DNA of 64,000 bases from Candidatus Eiseniibacteriota bacterium. GTDB taxonomy: Bacteria > Eisenbacteria > RBG-16-71-46 > CAVPCR01. The stretch lies in NCBI GenBank assembly GCA_963823555.1, contig CAWGMA010000001.1:1568001-1632000 (forward strand), written 5' to 3'. Position numbers and translations under genes: made by a program. Shown here piece after piece: positions 9,591-24,384 of the stretch. The notes under the pieces are model-generated. The model worked only from the letters and a program-made list of their open reading frames with translations, was not told the origin of the DNA and did not search any database. Each line of letters opens with the position of its first letter. Positions within the stretch are counted from its first letter, which is position 1.

Positions 9591-9666
9591 TGGCGGGCCG
9601 TGCTGGGCTCGAACCAGCGCACCCCTGCTTAAAAGGCAGGTGCTCTACCAACTGAGCTAACGGCCC
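9591..9666 (-). tRNA. tRNA-Lys (anticodon TTT)
   Basis: GGGCCGTTAGCTCAGTTGGTAGAGCA-CCTGC-CTTTTAA-GCAGG..GGTTCGAGCCC..GGCCCGCCA; 76 nt, CCA encoded. Confidence 0.97.
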
Positions 9667-9672
9667 ACGGCG

Positions 9673-9701
9673 ATTGTCCCCAGAATCGGGGTTGGCGTCA
9701 A
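9673..9701 (-). promoter_or_regulatory. Putative sigma70 promoter of tRNA-Lys, overlapping the purA stop
   Basis: TTGACG-17 bp-GACAAT ending 6 nt before the tRNA. Confidence 0.55.
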
Positions 9702-11014
9702 TTACTGACTCGCGCCGTCATGGCCGCGCTCGGGGCCGGGTCGACCTTCACCGTATCCTCGCGCCGGCTCCCCACCGATACCAGGGCTACCGGAACTCCG
9801 GTCTCTTCGGCAATGAAGGCCAGGTAGTCCCGGGCTGCCGGCGGCAAGTCGGCAAGCCGGCGCACGGCCGATGTGGGACTCAACCAGCCGCGAAGCTCGC
9901 GATACACGGGGCGTGCGGTCTCCAACCGGACCTCTGAGTACCAGTTTCCCCGCGGATCGGGCTCATAACCGACGCAGACGGGGATCCGCTCCATTCGGTC
10001 CAGGATGTCGAGCTTGGTCACCGCGAGTCCCGTGAAGCCGGAAAGCCGCGTGGCACGCTTGAGGGCGACGAGATCGAGCCAGCCACAGCGACGAGGGCGC
10101 CCCGTGGTGGCCCCGAATTCGGCTCCTGCCTCGCGCAGAGCCGCCGCAGCCTCCGGTTCGAGCTCGGTCGGGAACGGACCCAACCCCACGCGCGTCGTAT
10201 AGGCTTTCGCCACGCCGATCACGCGATCCACGGCGCGCGGGCCGAGACCGATACCGGTCAGAGCTCCGCCGGCGATCGTGCTGGACGACGTCACGTACGG
10301 GTAGGTGCCGTGGTCGAGATCGAGGAGCGTGCCCTGCGCCCCCTCGATGAGAACATGCTTGCCGGCGGCCAGGGCGTCATCCACGAGCACCGACACATCG
10401 GCGACAAACGGCGACAGCCGTTTCCCGAAAGCGGTGAATTCCGTCGCGATGTGATCAGGGTGGAGATCGAGCCCCGCAGCCGTCACGGCATCCGTCCCGA
10501 GTCGGGCCCGGATCTCGCCCAGATTGAGCGCCATGAGCTCCCGCAGGCGTTCGGGCTCGAGAAGATCGATGACGCGTACGCCCCGCCGTCCTGCCTTGCG
10601 CGAATAGGCCGGACCGATACCTCGCCCGGTGGTGCCGATGCGACCCGCCTCCGCCCCGTTCTCGTCAGCACGCTCCAGCACCCGGTGGTAGGGCAGAATG
10701 ACATGGGCTCGCGGGTCGATCCGCAGGCGGCTCGCCACCTCGATCCCGTGGCGCTCCAGTTGATCGATCTCGGCGAACAGAGAGCCCGGATCGACAACGA
10801 CGCCGCTACCAATGAAACACTGCTTGTCGGGACGCAGGGCTCCGATGGGCAGCAGGTGCAGGACGAAGGTCTCGCCCCCGAGCACGACCGTGTGCCCGGC
10901 ATTCGGCCCGCCCTGGCACCGGGCAACGATGTCCACATCCTCAGCCAGGAGGTCGACGATCTTGCCCTTGCCCTCATCGCCCCACTGGGCGCCGACGATC
11001 ACCGTGACCGGCAC
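9698..11014 (-). CDS. purA: Adenylosuccinate synthetase
   Basis: GAQWGDEGKGK, GGPNAGHT, GTTGRGIGPAY, EGAQG and GATTGRPRRCGW motifs. Confidence 0.98.
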   Translation of the reverse strand: MPVTVIVGAQWGDEGKGKIVDLLAEDVDIVARCQGGPNAGHTVVLGGETFVLHLLPIGALRPDKQCFIGSGVVVDPGSLFAEIDQLERHGIEVASRLRIDPRAHVILPYHRVLERADENGAEAGRIGTTGRGIGPAYSRKAGRRGVRVIDLLEPERLRELMALNLGEIRARLGTDAVTAAGLDLHPDHIATEFTAFGKRLSPFVADVSVLVDDALAAGKHVLIEGAQGTLLDLDHGTYPYVTSSSTIAGGALTGIGLGPRAVDRVIGVAKAYTTRVGLGPFPTELEPEAAAALREAGAEFGATTGRPRRCGWLDLVALKRATRLSGFTGLAVTKLDILDRMERIPVCVGYEPDPRGNWYSEVRLETARPVYRELRGWLSPTSAVRRLADLPPAARDYLAFIAEETGVPVALVSVGSRREDTVKVDPAPSAAMTARVSN

Positions 11015-11105
11015 GCAAACCTCACTCTCTCATGGCCTGCATGAATGCAGATGCCTCGACTCATCCCTTCACCTTCGCCCGCTGGCGTCCCAGAGGAACA
11101 GCGTC

Positions 11106-12263
11106 CTACCCGCCGGCTGCGTCAGCGGACCGGGCGAAGAACCCGCTTGCCGCCCCGACCGCCGAACCCGGTAGCGCTGTCACCGCACCGGCATCCAGCA
11201 TGACTCTCTCGAGCGCGCTCACCGCACCGAGAAGATCGGTAGCATCGATCGCGCCCAGGTGACCGAGGCGCAGCACCTTTCCTTTGAGCGAGTCCTGGCC
11301 GCCGGCGATCCTGATACCGAAGCGTTCCTCGAGATCACGGCGGATCGAGTCGCCGTCGGCTCCGGGCGGGGTACGGAACACCGTCACGATGTTCGAGGGC
11401 CGCTCCGGAAAGACCTCCAATCCAAGCGCGCCCACCGCGGCCCGCGCCGCCGCTCCGATTCGCGCGTGGCGCTCGATCACTGCCGGCAATCCCTCATCTT
11501 CCAGCATGTCGAGAGCCGCCACGAGACCGACCACGAGCGAAATGGCCGGCGTAAACGGCGTCGACCTCTTGGCAAGCGCCTTTCCGGCAGCCCTCAGATC
11601 GAAATAGAACCGAGGCAGTCCCCCCCCCACCATTCGCTCCTCTGCGGCCGCCGATAACGCGACGAAGGCGAGTCCCGGCGGGAGCATGAAGCCCTTCTGC
11701 GATCCGGATACGACGGCATCCAGCCCGCGCGCATCCATGCTCACTTCATGCGCGCACGCCGACGTGATGGCATCGACAGCGACCAGACAGCCGCGGGCCT
11801 TGGCCACCGTTGCGAGGCCCTCGAGGTCCATGAGCACACCAGTCGACGTCTCCGAGTGGGTGAGGAATACCAGCTGCACCTCCGGATGGCGGGCCAGTTC
11901 CTCGTCGAGCCTTGCCGGGGTGACAACGCGCCCATACTCGACATCGAGCGGCACGACCGGCACGCCATGCGCGCCGAGGATGTCGCCCCACCGCTCTCCG
12001 AACTTGCCGGCCCGAACGACCAGTGCTGGCTCATTGGGGCGCGCGAGGCTGACGGCGACCGACTCCATCCCCCCGCTGCCCGACGCCGACAGCACATAGA
12101 CGGGCCGGGATGTGCCCAGGATCGGGCCGAGCCGCCGCGACACATCAGCCAGCAGCGTCTCGAACTCCGGCGTCCGGTGGTGGAGCAGCGGCCGCGCCAT
12201 GGCCAGCAACACGGGCGCCGGCACCTCGACCGGACCAGGTGTGAATAGACGCCCCTTCGGCAC
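11106..12263 (-). CDS. Class V PLP aminotransferase (alanine-glyoxylate/serine-pyruvate family)
   Basis: TPGP, HHRT, HSETSTG, VDAIT, SGSQKG (PLP lysine) and TPFTP motifs. Confidence 0.92.
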   Translation of the reverse strand: MPKGRLFTPGPVEVPAPVLLAMARPLLHHRTPEFETLLADVSRRLGPILGTSRPVYVLSASGSGGMESVAVSLARPNEPALVVRAGKFGERWGDILGAHGVPVVPLDVEYGRVVTPARLDEELARHPEVQLVFLTHSETSTGVLMDLEGLATVAKARGCLVAVDAITSACAHEVSMDARGLDAVVSGSQKGFMLPPGLAFVALSAAAEERMVGGGLPRFYFDLRAAGKALAKRSTPFTPAISLVVGLVAALDMLEDEGLPAVIERHARIGAAARAAVGALGLEVFPERPSNIVTVFRTPPGADGDSIRRDLEERFGIRIAGGQDSLKGKVLRLGHLGAIDATDLLGAVSALERVMLDAGAVTALPGSAVGAASGFFARSADAAGG

Positions 12264-12323
12264 CGGACACTCCCCTCCAAGCGAAACGCCAAAACGGGAG
12301 CCCAGGGGCTCCCTCGCGGGAGT

Positions 12324-13658
12324 CTAGGGCAAGGACCCGCTCGGTGCAATGCGCCCGCTGCGTCCCGCCGGCGGGCTCGCCGCCACCGACTCGAGGAGCT
12401 CGATCTCCATCTGCACCCTCTCATCCCACGACACGAACCGGGAACGGGCCACAGCGTGCCCGCGGTCTCCCATCCGGCGGCGCAACTCTGGCTCGGCAGC
12501 AAGCTGCTCCATGGCTCGAGCCAGTGCGGCAATGTCATCTTGTGCCACGACCAAGCCGGTCTCCCCGTCCAACACGAGGCGCCGGGTCCTTCCTGCATCC
12601 AGGGCCACGACGGGCAGCCGGCAGAGCATGGCTTCGCAGGTGGGAAGCCCGGCATTGGTCAGATCATGCGGCGCGACGTACATGTCAGCAGCGGACATGA
12701 CCTCGGGCACGCGATCGTGGTCGACGGGGCCCAGGAAGAGCACGCGCTCCCGGAGCCCCAGGCGAACCGCGTCCGCTTCGAGGGCCTGGCGCATCACACC
12801 ATCGCCGCCGATCAGGACGTGGACCCGCTGATCGCCTGCCTGGACCAAGCGGTGGAGCGCCGCGATCACCCGATCGACCCGCTTGAGGGGAAGCAGATTG
12901 GCCAGGGTGAGCGCGTACACGGCATCTCGCTCGAGGCCGAGTCGGGCCCGGGCGCCAGGATCACCGCCGCCGGACGGCAGCGCAAGATCGGCCCATTCCA
13001 CGTTCACGCCGTTGGGCCAGAAGAGCAGTCGCTCCCGCGGCACGCCAATCCTTAGCGCCGCTTCATCCCCTCCCGTCCCATCATCGAGGACGATGACCCG
13101 CGCGAACTCCTGGCGAAAGGCCAGGTAGTGCTCGAAGTGACGGAGGAGATGCAGAACACGCGGCTCCCACCGCGTATTGAGGAGGAGGACGCCGAAGAAC
13201 TTGGCAACCACCGGGACTCCCAGCCTCTCGCCAACGCCCGCCGCCCACGGCGCCGTATGGAAGGTATGGGCGAGGATCAGATCCGGGCGCAGATTCCGCG
13301 CGAGGGCGAGTCCGTCGTGACCAAAGACGCGCCGGGCGCGAACCACATCACGCAGGCGACCCAGCTGACCCCGGACCTTGCCGCGCACGCGCTCGGCTGG
13401 AAACGAGAGCGGATGGACGGTGATCTGTCCGGGCCCGGCATCGGATAGCGCGTAGTCGGCACCCTCCGGGGCCGCCACATGCAGGTCGTGTCCACGTCGG
13501 GTGAGCGCCGAGAAGGTGAGATATTCATCGGGGACTCCGCCCCGCCCACCGACTTCCCAGAATCCCATCCACGGAGTCATGACGAGGACGCGCACCGACT
13601 CCTCCTGCCCTGTGTTCATCCAGCGCGACCTGCGGCGTACGGCATCCCCGCGCCGCAC
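12324..13658 (-). CDS. GT4 glycosyltransferase
   Basis: PNGV, KRVD and EAMLCRLPVVA GT-B signature; the start may be ATG 13619. Confidence 0.88.
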   Translation of the reverse strand: MRRGDAVRRRSRWMNTGQEESVRVLVMTPWMGFWEVGGRGGVPDEYLTFSALTRRGHDLHVAAPEGADYALSDAGPGQITVHPLSFPAERVRGKVRGQLGRLRDVVRARRVFGHDGLALARNLRPDLILAHTFHTAPWAAGVGERLGVPVVAKFFGVLLLNTRWEPRVLHLLRHFEHYLAFRQEFARVIVLDDGTGGDEAALRIGVPRERLLFWPNGVNVEWADLALPSGGGDPGARARLGLERDAVYALTLANLLPLKRVDRVIAALHRLVQAGDQRVHVLIGGDGVMRQALEADAVRLGLRERVLFLGPVDHDRVPEVMSAADMYVAPHDLTNAGLPTCEAMLCRLPVVALDAGRTRRLVLDGETGLVVAQDDIAALARAMEQLAAEPELRRRMGDRGHAVARSRFVSWDERVQMEIELLESVAASPPAGRSGRIAPSGSLP

Positions 13659-13664
13659 CCGGTC

Positions 13665-16279
<2,615 letters not shown>

Positions 16280-16372
16280 CCTGCTTCCTTTCGGGGGGAC
16301 CGCCGGAGCCGGGTGCCGGCGCTCCACTCGCGCCGCCGGCCCCGGGTGGGGCGCTAACGCTCGATCGGGACC

Positions 16373-17627
<1,255 letters not shown>

Positions 17628-17656
17628 GGGTCCTCTCTTGTCAACCTGGTCGCGCC

Positions 17657-18244
17657 TTACTTCCGCTTCGTCGATGACCTCGTCGATCAGTCCGTACTCC
17701 CTCGCCTCTTCGGCCGACATGAAGAAGTTGCGGTCGGTGTCCTTCTCGATCTTCTCCAGCGGCTGCCCGGTGTGCCTGGCCAGGATCTCGTTGAGCTTCC
17801 CGCGCAGGGTCAGGATCTCCTTGGTGTAGATCTCGATGTCGGTGGCCTGCCCCTGGCTCCCGCCCAGCGGCTGGTGGATCATGATCCGCGAGTTGGGCAG
17901 CGCCGAGCGCTTGCCCTTGCCGCGCCGGACAGAGCAGGAGCGCACCCATGCAGGCGGCCTGCCCCATGCAGATCGTCGCCACGTCGGGCTTGATGAACTG
18001 CATGGTGTCGTAGATCGCCAGCCCGGCCGAGACCACGCCACCGGGCGAGTTGATGTAGAGGTGGATGTCCCGGTCCGGGATCCTCGGCCTCGAGGAACAG
18101 CATCTGGGCGATGACCAGGTTGGCGACCGTGTCGTCGATCGGCGTCCCGATGAAGATGATGCGGTCCTTGAGCAGCCGCGAGAAGATGTCGTACGCCCGC
18201 TCACCGCGGCCAGTCTGCTCGACCACCATCGGCACCAGTGCCAT
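17657..18244 (-). CDS. clpP: ClpP protease; about 3 frameshifts
   Basis: [46 protein letters not shown]. Removing one base gives ..VITKRK-TAA at 17657. Confidence 0.92.
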
Positions 18245-18433
18245 GGGCTCTCCTTCTTCCTCCCGGGAGGCGCCTTCAGCGCCTGCCTCCCAGCCTCAAA
18301 CTCGAGCACCCATCGCGGCCCTTCCGCGGGGGCGCCCGGCCCACTCCCATACCCGCCCGGATGTTGCCAGGTTCGGGTGCCGGCCGTCGACTCCTTAGCC
18401 GGCAGCCGGGAACCGGTTGCGAGCACACTCCCC

Positions 18434-19813
18434 CTACGGGTCGTAGGGGGTGACGATCCGCTTGCGCTTGGGTGCTTCCTGAACAACCTGAACATCGGCC
18501 GTATCTACAAGGTATTTGAGGACTTTTCGCTCCTGGAGCACGTCCCGGAGGCGCTCCACCCGCTCAGCCCGCTGCGATCCGGAAGCCTCCTCGCCCGGGT
18601 CGGCCATCTGCCTCCCGGCGCGCTCCAGACGCCGGTACTCGGCCTCGGCCTCCTCGCGACTCACTTCGATACCTTGAGCATCGGCAACGGCGGCTAACAC
18701 CAGTTCCCGGCGGATGTTGGCCGCAGCGGCCTCCCGCGCCTCCACCGCCACCCGCTCCCGGGCCGAGGCATCGAGATCGGGGTAATCGCGCATGGCCCCC
18801 TCGTACAGGCGATCGGCTGCCGGGCGGGCCAGGCGCTCCGGGATGTCCAGCTTGAGCCCGGCGCCCAGCCGATCGAGGATCTCGCGCTCCACCGCGCGAT
18901 CCGCGCGCCTCAGCTCCTCGGCCTCCAGGCGCTGGCGAATATGCCCTCGCAAACCGTTCAAGTCCTGGACCTCATTGCCGGCGACCAGGGTCTGCGCCAG
19001 CGTCCGCGCAAAATCGTCATCCAGGGGCGGCAGGATCTTCGTCTCGACCTTCTTGAGATCAAGCCGGTGATAACGAGCGGCTCCCGGCTCAGCGACCTGC
19101 CCCTCGGGCACGGGCACCTCGGCCACGGCCGACTCGCCACTTCGCCGGCCAGTCAGCGCATCGATCCAGATCTTGGGCACGGCCTCTTCGACCAGCTCGA
19201 TGCGAACATCGGCCTGGCGCCGGCCGAGAATCGCCACCTGTCCCGCGCCCAGCTCGGAGAGATCGATGGTCACGACGTCGCCGGGTGCTGCGGGCCGCTC
19301 TGCCGGCTCGAGTCGCGCCAGCCGTTCCCGCAGATTGGTCAGCACCCGTTCGACCTCCTCATCATCGATCGGACGGACGACCTTGTTGACCTTGAGCGAC
19401 GCGGGATCGCCGGGCTCGAGCCTCGGGCGGACATCCACGCGAGCAGTGAAGGTCAGCGCCTGGCCTTCTTCATGGTCGATGCGCGCCACCTCGGGCTCCG
19501 TGATCGGATGCAGGTTCTGTTCGCGCAGCGCTTGCCACAACGCCTCGCCGACAACCCGGCGGGTGACCTCGGCCTTCAGATCGCGACCGAATCGCGCCTC
19601 CACCACCGGACGCGGCACCTTGCCCTTGCGGAATCCGGGGAGCGCAAGGTCGCGACGCAGGTCGTCAATCGCCTGTGCCATCTGACCGGCCATCACTTCG
19701 TTCCCCACTTCCACCGTGAGTCGACGGCTGAAGGCATCGTCCTCGCGAAGATCCTTCACAACGATGTTCATACCCTCGCTCTGACTCTCATCACTGAGCT
19801 TCGAATGGTCCAT
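18434..19813 (-). CDS. tig: Trigger factor
   Basis: PGFRKGKVP ribosome-binding motif; canonical tRNA-Leu-tig-clpP-clpX-lon order. Confidence 0.92.
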   Translation of the reverse strand: MDHSKLSDESQSEGMNIVVKDLREDDAFSRRLTVEVGNEVMAGQMAQAIDDLRRDLALPGFRKGKVPRPVVEARFGRDLKAEVTRRVVGEALWQALREQNLHPITEPEVARIDHEEGQALTFTARVDVRPRLEPGDPASLKVNKVVRPIDDEEVERVLTNLRERLARLEPAERPAAPGDVVTIDLSELGAGQVAILGRRQADVRIELVEEAVPKIWIDALTGRRSGESAVAEVPVPEGQVAEPGAARYHRLDLKKVETKILPPLDDDFARTLAQTLVAGNEVQDLNGLRGHIRQRLEAEELRRADRAVEREILDRLGAGLKLDIPERLARPAADRLYEGAMRDYPDLDASARERVAVEAREAAAANIRRELVLAAVADAQGIEVSREEAEAEYRRLERAGRQMADPGEEASGSQRAERVERLRDVLQERKVLKYLVDTADVQVVQEAPKRKRIVTPYDP

Positions 19814-19905
19814 GACTGCGGCTGGTTTCCTTGCCCTTCAAGCTGGGAGCGCCGCTCACGGCGGCGTGAAGCGGTGGTCAGCGCCGACCGGCGCCGACCG
19901 CGAGC

Positions 19906-19990
19906 TGGTGCGAGAGGGGGGACTCGAACCCCCACGGGTCGCCCCACTAGATCCTAAGTCTAGCGCGTCTGCCAGTTCCGCCACTCTCGC
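19906..19990 (-). tRNA. tRNA-Leu (anticodon TAG)
   Basis: GCGAGAGTGGCGGAACTGGCAGACGCG-CTAGA-CTTAGGA-TCTAG, long variable arm, GGTTCGAGTCC, ACCA end; 85 nt. Confidence 0.97.
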
Positions 19991-20142
19991 GGGCGAAACA
20001 CAGGAGCATGGCTCACGACTGAGCCCGGGGTCAAGCCGAACCCGATGGGCCCGACACTTCCACGTGGCGGGCCGCCGGCGGCCGCGGGCACGTGCGTCAA
20101 GCGCCACCGATCCGGCCCCCATATCTTGGGGCCACGGCGAGC

Positions 20143-21216
20143 CTAATGCGCGATGGCGGAGAAGCTCTCGGCAGTGAGTCGAGCGAGGAGGTCCCCGATC
20201 TCCGTCGTCTTGAGCCCGGAATCAGCACCGAGGCTCGGCAGGTGCTTCTCGACCACGGCGCGACGGATGGCCTCCTCGACGGCGGTCGCGGCCAGCGGTT
20301 CCCCGAGAAACGTGAGCATCATCTGCACCGCGTTGATCGTCGCCAGCGGATTGGCCACGTTCTTGCCCGCGTACTTCGGCGCCGACCCGTGGATCGGCTC
20401 GAACATCGAGACCTGCCCCGGATGGATGTTCCCCGAGGCGGCGATCCCCAGCCCGCCCTGGAGCATGGCCCCGAGGTCGGTCAGGATGTCTCCGAACATG
20501 TTGGTGGTCACGATGACATCGAACCACTCGGGGTTCTTCACCAGCCACATGCATGCAGCGTCGATGTAGGCGCCCTCGGTCTTGACATCCGGGTACTCCC
20601 GCCCCACCTCGGCGAAGGTGCGCCGCCACAGGTCATGGGCGCGCACGGCGTTGGCCTTGTCGACGAGGTGCAGCTGCCGCCGGGGGCGCGTCCTCGCCAG
20701 CTCGAAGGCATAGCGTACCGCGCGCTCGCAGCCCTTGCGCGTGGCAATCATCTCGCCCAGTGCCACTTCATCCGGCGTCCCCTGCTTGAAGAAGCCGCCG
20801 ATTCCCACATAGAGGTCCTCGGTGTTCTCACGGACGACCATGATGTCGAGATCTTCGGGCGTCTTTCCCTTGAGTGGGCAGAGGTGCTCGGCGTAGAGCT
20901 TGATCGGCCTCAGGTTGATGTACATGTCGAGCTTCCAGCGGAGGCCGCCGATCACCGCGCGTTCGACCAGACCCACCTCGACCCGCGGATCCCCGATCGC
21001 GCCGAGGAGCACGGCCTGCATGCCCTTGATCTCCTCCAGCACGGCGTCGGGGAACAGCTCGCCGCTCTTCAGATAGTGCTCGGAACCATGGGGATAGGAA
21101 TGGAGACGGGTCTCGAACCCGGCGCGCTCTGCGGCGACCTGGAGCACCTTGAGACCCTGGCGAACCACCTCGGGTCCGATGCCGTCCCCGCCGATGACCG
21201 CGATGTCATGCGTCAT
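20143..21216 (-). CDS. leuB: 3-isopropylmalate dehydrogenase
   Basis: GDGIGPEV, VRENTE, DKAN, NMFGDILTD, EPIHGSAP and NPLA motifs. Confidence 0.9.
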   Translation of the reverse strand: MTHDIAVIGGDGIGPEVVRQGLKVLQVAAERAGFETRLHSYPHGSEHYLKSGELFPDAVLEEIKGMQAVLLGAIGDPRVEVGLVERAVIGGLRWKLDMYINLRPIKLYAEHLCPLKGKTPEDLDIMVVRENTEDLYVGIGGFFKQGTPDEVALGEMIATRKGCERAVRYAFELARTRPRRQLHLVDKANAVRAHDLWRRTFAEVGREYPDVKTEGAYIDAACMWLVKNPEWFDVIVTTNMFGDILTDLGAMLQGGLGIAASGNIHPGQVSMFEPIHGSAPKYAGKNVANPLATINAVQMMLTFLGEPLAATAVEEAIRRAVVEKHLPSLGADSGLKTTEIGDLLARLTAESFSAIAH

Positions 21217-21755
21217 CGCCCACCTCCTGCCGCCGTTCCCCTAGGCCCTTCAGTCCTTTGCGATTCCAGCTTCCGCTTCACATAGTGCATGAGCCCACCC
21301 TCGGCCGCGATCTGGCGGGCGAACGGTGGCAACTCGCGCGCCTGGAAGCTCTTTCCCGTGGTCACGTTACGGATCGATCCTGAAGCCGGGTCGACCTCGA
21401 TCTGGTCGCCCTCGCTGATCCCGGCCACCGCCTCCGGGCACTCGAAGATGGGAAGGCCGATGTTGATGGAGTTGCGGAAGAAGATGCGCGCGTATCCCTT
21501 GGCGATCACCGCCCCCACCCCGGCGAGCTTGATTGCCAGCGGGGCGACCTCACGTGAGCTACCGCATCCGAAGTTCTCGCCGGCGACCACCACATCACCC
21601 GGCTTCACCTCGAGACGGAAGGTGTCCGAGAGATCCTCCATGACATGGGACGCCAGCTCCTTGGGATCGATGATGTGGCAGTAGCGCCCCGGCATGATGA
21701 CGTCGGTGTCCACGTTGTCCCCGAAGACGAAAGCGCGTCCGCTGGTCTTGGTCAC
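21213..21755 (-). CDS. leuD: 3-isopropylmalate dehydratase small subunit (LeuD/HacB type)
   Basis: GDNVDTDVI, NFGCGSSRE and ARIFFRNSINIG motifs; 4-bp overlap with leuB. Confidence 0.9.
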   Translation of the reverse strand: MTKTSGRAFVFGDNVDTDVIMPGRYCHIIDPKELASHVMEDLSDTFRLEVKPGDVVVAGENFGCGSSREVAPLAIKLAGVGAVIAKGYARIFFRNSINIGLPIFECPEAVAGISEGDQIEVDPASGSIRNVTTGKSFQARELPPFARQIAAEGGLMHYVKRKLESQRTEGPRGTAAGGGR

Positions 21756-21879
21756 CCGTGCTTCTCCTTCTGTTCAACCACTCCCTGCCCGGCTACTCCC
21801 TCGGACTGCTGCCAAAAGAATGATAGCCTACCACCCAGGCCAGAGCGGCCACAAGTCGGCGCTACACTGGGGATAACCG

Positions 21880-24354
21880 ATGAATCGCTGGGCAACTCCG
21901 CCTCTTCTCGCGCTCCTGGGAGCGATCGCGATCGCCGCCCCTGCTCCGCGACCGCTGCTCGCCCAGACCGTCCCGGACACGACGTCGCAAGCTCGCACCG
22001 TGGCCAAGGTGGCACCAACCCCCATCCCGGCCGCCGAGATCGCGGCCCGGGCCGACCATGCCCGCGCCCAGCTGCGCGCCATCGAGGCGCGCACCATCTC
22101 ATTGCCGGCGGTCGCCAAGGTCGACTCGATGTTCGCGTTGCAGAAGGAGAGCGCAGACTTCCAGAACGCCCAGACCGCCAGCCAGCACATGGCGGACCTG
22201 TCTCTGAATCAGATCGCCGACCTGGCCCTCGACTGGCAACGGGTCGCCAACCGACTGTCGGCCTGGGGCTCGACCCTCGAAGTCGAGGCCAAACGTCTCG
22301 AGCGCGATCTCGCCACCCTCGCTGCGCTCCGCGGCCAATGGCGGGTCACACTCGACGGCGCCCCGCAAGAAGAGCTGCCCCCGGCCGCCCTGGAGATGGC
22401 CCATGGCGTGCTCGCGGACATCGAGCGCACCCAACGCAACGTTCGCAACACTCTCAACCATCTTCTCGCCACGCAGAATCGAATCGCTGAGGAGTCGGCC
22501 ACGGCCAAGGAGACCCTACAGCTCCTGGCGGGGGCCACCCAGGCGGCCCAGCGTCGCATGCTGCATCGCGACAGCCCTCCTCTGTGGAGGATCTGGGCGA
22601 CCGAACCCGACGCCTTCCCCTACATGTCGGATCCAGCCCAGCACCTCGAGCGCATCAGGAGTTACATCGCCAATAACGGCGGGCGCAGCGGAGGACAGCT
22701 TCTGCTCCTCCCGCTCGTCCTCCTGGCCCTGGTCGGGATCCAGCGCCAAACGAGGCGAGGAGATCTCGGCCTGAGCGAGGGGCAAGCCCCGACGCCACGG
22801 GGCAGCCATGTCCTCGAGCATCCCGTTTCCAGTGCCCTGCTACTGACGTTCATCGTAACCGCCCTGATTCATCCCATCGCGCCGCAGGGGCTCAGGACCC
22901 TGGGCACGCTGCTCGCCATCATCCCCTTGTTGCGGCTCGCACCGGGCGTGTTGCCACGCGGGTTGGGTCGCGCGGCCTATGCCCTTCTCCTGCTCTATCT
23001 CCTCGCCAACCTGGTCGGCATCCTCGTCCACCAACCCATCCTGCGTCGACTCGGCTTCCTGGCGATCAACACGCTCGCCGCAGGCGCGATCGCCTATTCC
23101 CTCCGCTCGGGCAGCCCCGCTCGGCGTGCCGAGGGGCGACTGTGGAGGGCCGCCCTCGCGGTGCTCAAGGGAGCGCTCGTGATCCTCGCCGTCGCCCTGG
23201 CGGCCAACACCTTCGGGTTCGTCTTCTTCTCCATCTGGCTGACGTACAACACGCTGCGAGTCATCTTCGCGGGGCTCGCCCTGTTGGTCGCCGCTGCCAC
23301 CGTCGACGGCCTCATCTACCTTGTCCTGCGCACTCAGGCTGCGCAGAAATCGCGTGCCATACGCCTCAACGTGGATGCCATCACACACCGCGCGCTGGAG
23401 ATGGTGAATCTCACAGCCGGCCTGGTCTGGGTCGCCACCCTTCTCGATCGATTTTCGCTGCTCGGTCCGGTCTGGGCCGGGCTCCGTGGCATCTTGACCA
23501 GACCGCTCCGGATCGGCTCGATCGCTGTCGCACCGGGAGACGTCCTTCTCTTCTTCCTCATCCTCTGGCTGTCCTTCGCCGTTTCGCGCATCATCCGCCA
23601 GCTCCTCCGCGACGACATCCTGTCGCGCGTCAACTTGCCCCGCGGGGTGCCGGACACCATCTCCCAGATTGCCTACTATGCCGTCGTGGCTATGGGCTTT
23701 CTCCTCGCCATTGCCGCCGCCGGCATCGACATGAGCCGCTTCGCCATCCTCGCCGGCGCCTTCGGGGTCGGCATCGGATTCGGCCTCCAGACCATCGTCA
23801 ACAACTTCATCTCCGGCCTCATCCTCCTCTTCGAGCGTCCGATCCAGGCCGGTGATACGGTCGAGCTCGACAACCTGATCGGGACTGTTCGCGATATAGG
23901 GATTCGGGCCAGTCGCGTGCGCACCTTCGATGGTGCGGATGTCATCGTGCCCAACGCCGATCTCATCTCCGGCCGGGTCGTCAACTGGACCCTCTCGGAC
24001 AAGCTGCGGCGGGTCGAGGTCAAGGTGGGTGTGGCCTACGGCACGGATCCGACGCGTGTCAAGGAGCTCTTATCCAGCGTGGCTGCCGCCCACCCCGACG
24101 TGCTGGCCACGCCGCCGGCGGTGGCGCTGTTCACGGGCTTCGGCGACAGCTCGCTCGATTTCGTGCTCCGCTTCTGGACCGCCGACTTCGAGAACTGGCT
24201 CATCGTCGGCAGCGACGTCGCGACCGCCGTTCACGATGCCATCCGCGAAGCTGGAATCGAGATCCCGTTCCCGCAGCGCGATCTCCATCTGCGAACCGTG
24301 GCCCCGGAGGCACGAAGCGCCTTCGGCACGCAGCCCGGGCCGGAAGCGAAATAG
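21880..24354 (+). CDS. Large MscS/MscK-family mechanosensitive channel
   Basis: Signal peptide, coiled-coil periplasmic region, many TMs, GIGFGLQTIVNNFISGLILLFERP and IPFPQRDLH. Confidence 0.92.
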   Translation: MNRWATPPLLALLGAIAIAAPAPRPLLAQTVPDTTSQARTVAKVAPTPIPAAEIAARADHARAQLRAIEARTISLPAVAKVDSMFALQKESADFQNAQTASQHMADLSLNQIADLALDWQRVANRLSAWGSTLEVEAKRLERDLATLAALRGQWRVTLDGAPQEELPPAALEMAHGVLADIERTQRNVRNTLNHLLATQNRIAEESATAKETLQLLAGATQAAQRRMLHRDSPPLWRIWATEPDAFPYMSDPAQHLERIRSYIANNGGRSGGQLLLLPLVLLALVGIQRQTRRGDLGLSEGQAPTPRGSHVLEHPVSSALLLTFIVTALIHPIAPQGLRTLGTLLAIIPLLRLAPGVLPRGLGRAAYALLLLYLLANLVGILVHQPILRRLGFLAINTLAAGAIAYSLRSGSPARRAEGRLWRAALAVLKGALVILAVALAANTFGFVFFSIWLTYNTLRVIFAGLALLVAAATVDGLIYLVLRTQAAQKSRAIRLNVDAITHRALEMVNLTAGLVWVATLLDRFSLLGPVWAGLRGILTRPLRIGSIAVAPGDVLLFFLILWLSFAVSRIIRQLLRDDILSRVNLPRGVPDTISQIAYYAVVAMGFLLAIAAAGIDMSRFAILAGAFGVGIGFGLQTIVNNFISGLILLFERPIQAGDTVELDNLIGTVRDIGIRASRVRTFDGADVIVPNADLISGRVVNWTLSDKLRRVEVKVGVAYGTDPTRVKELLSSVAAAHPDVLATPPAVALFTGFGDSSLDFVLRFWTADFENWLIVGSDVATAVHDAIREAGIEIPFPQRDLHLRTVAPEARSAFGTQPGPEAK

Positions 24355-24384
24355 CGGCCTCGGGCGGGGCGGCCCGCCGCTCGA

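Noticed and set aside
18245..18433. Structured RNA or thermometer in the tig-clpP spacer
   Set aside because: Hairpins are present (e.g. GGGAGGC..GCCTCCC) but expected at this GC content; no recognisable family.
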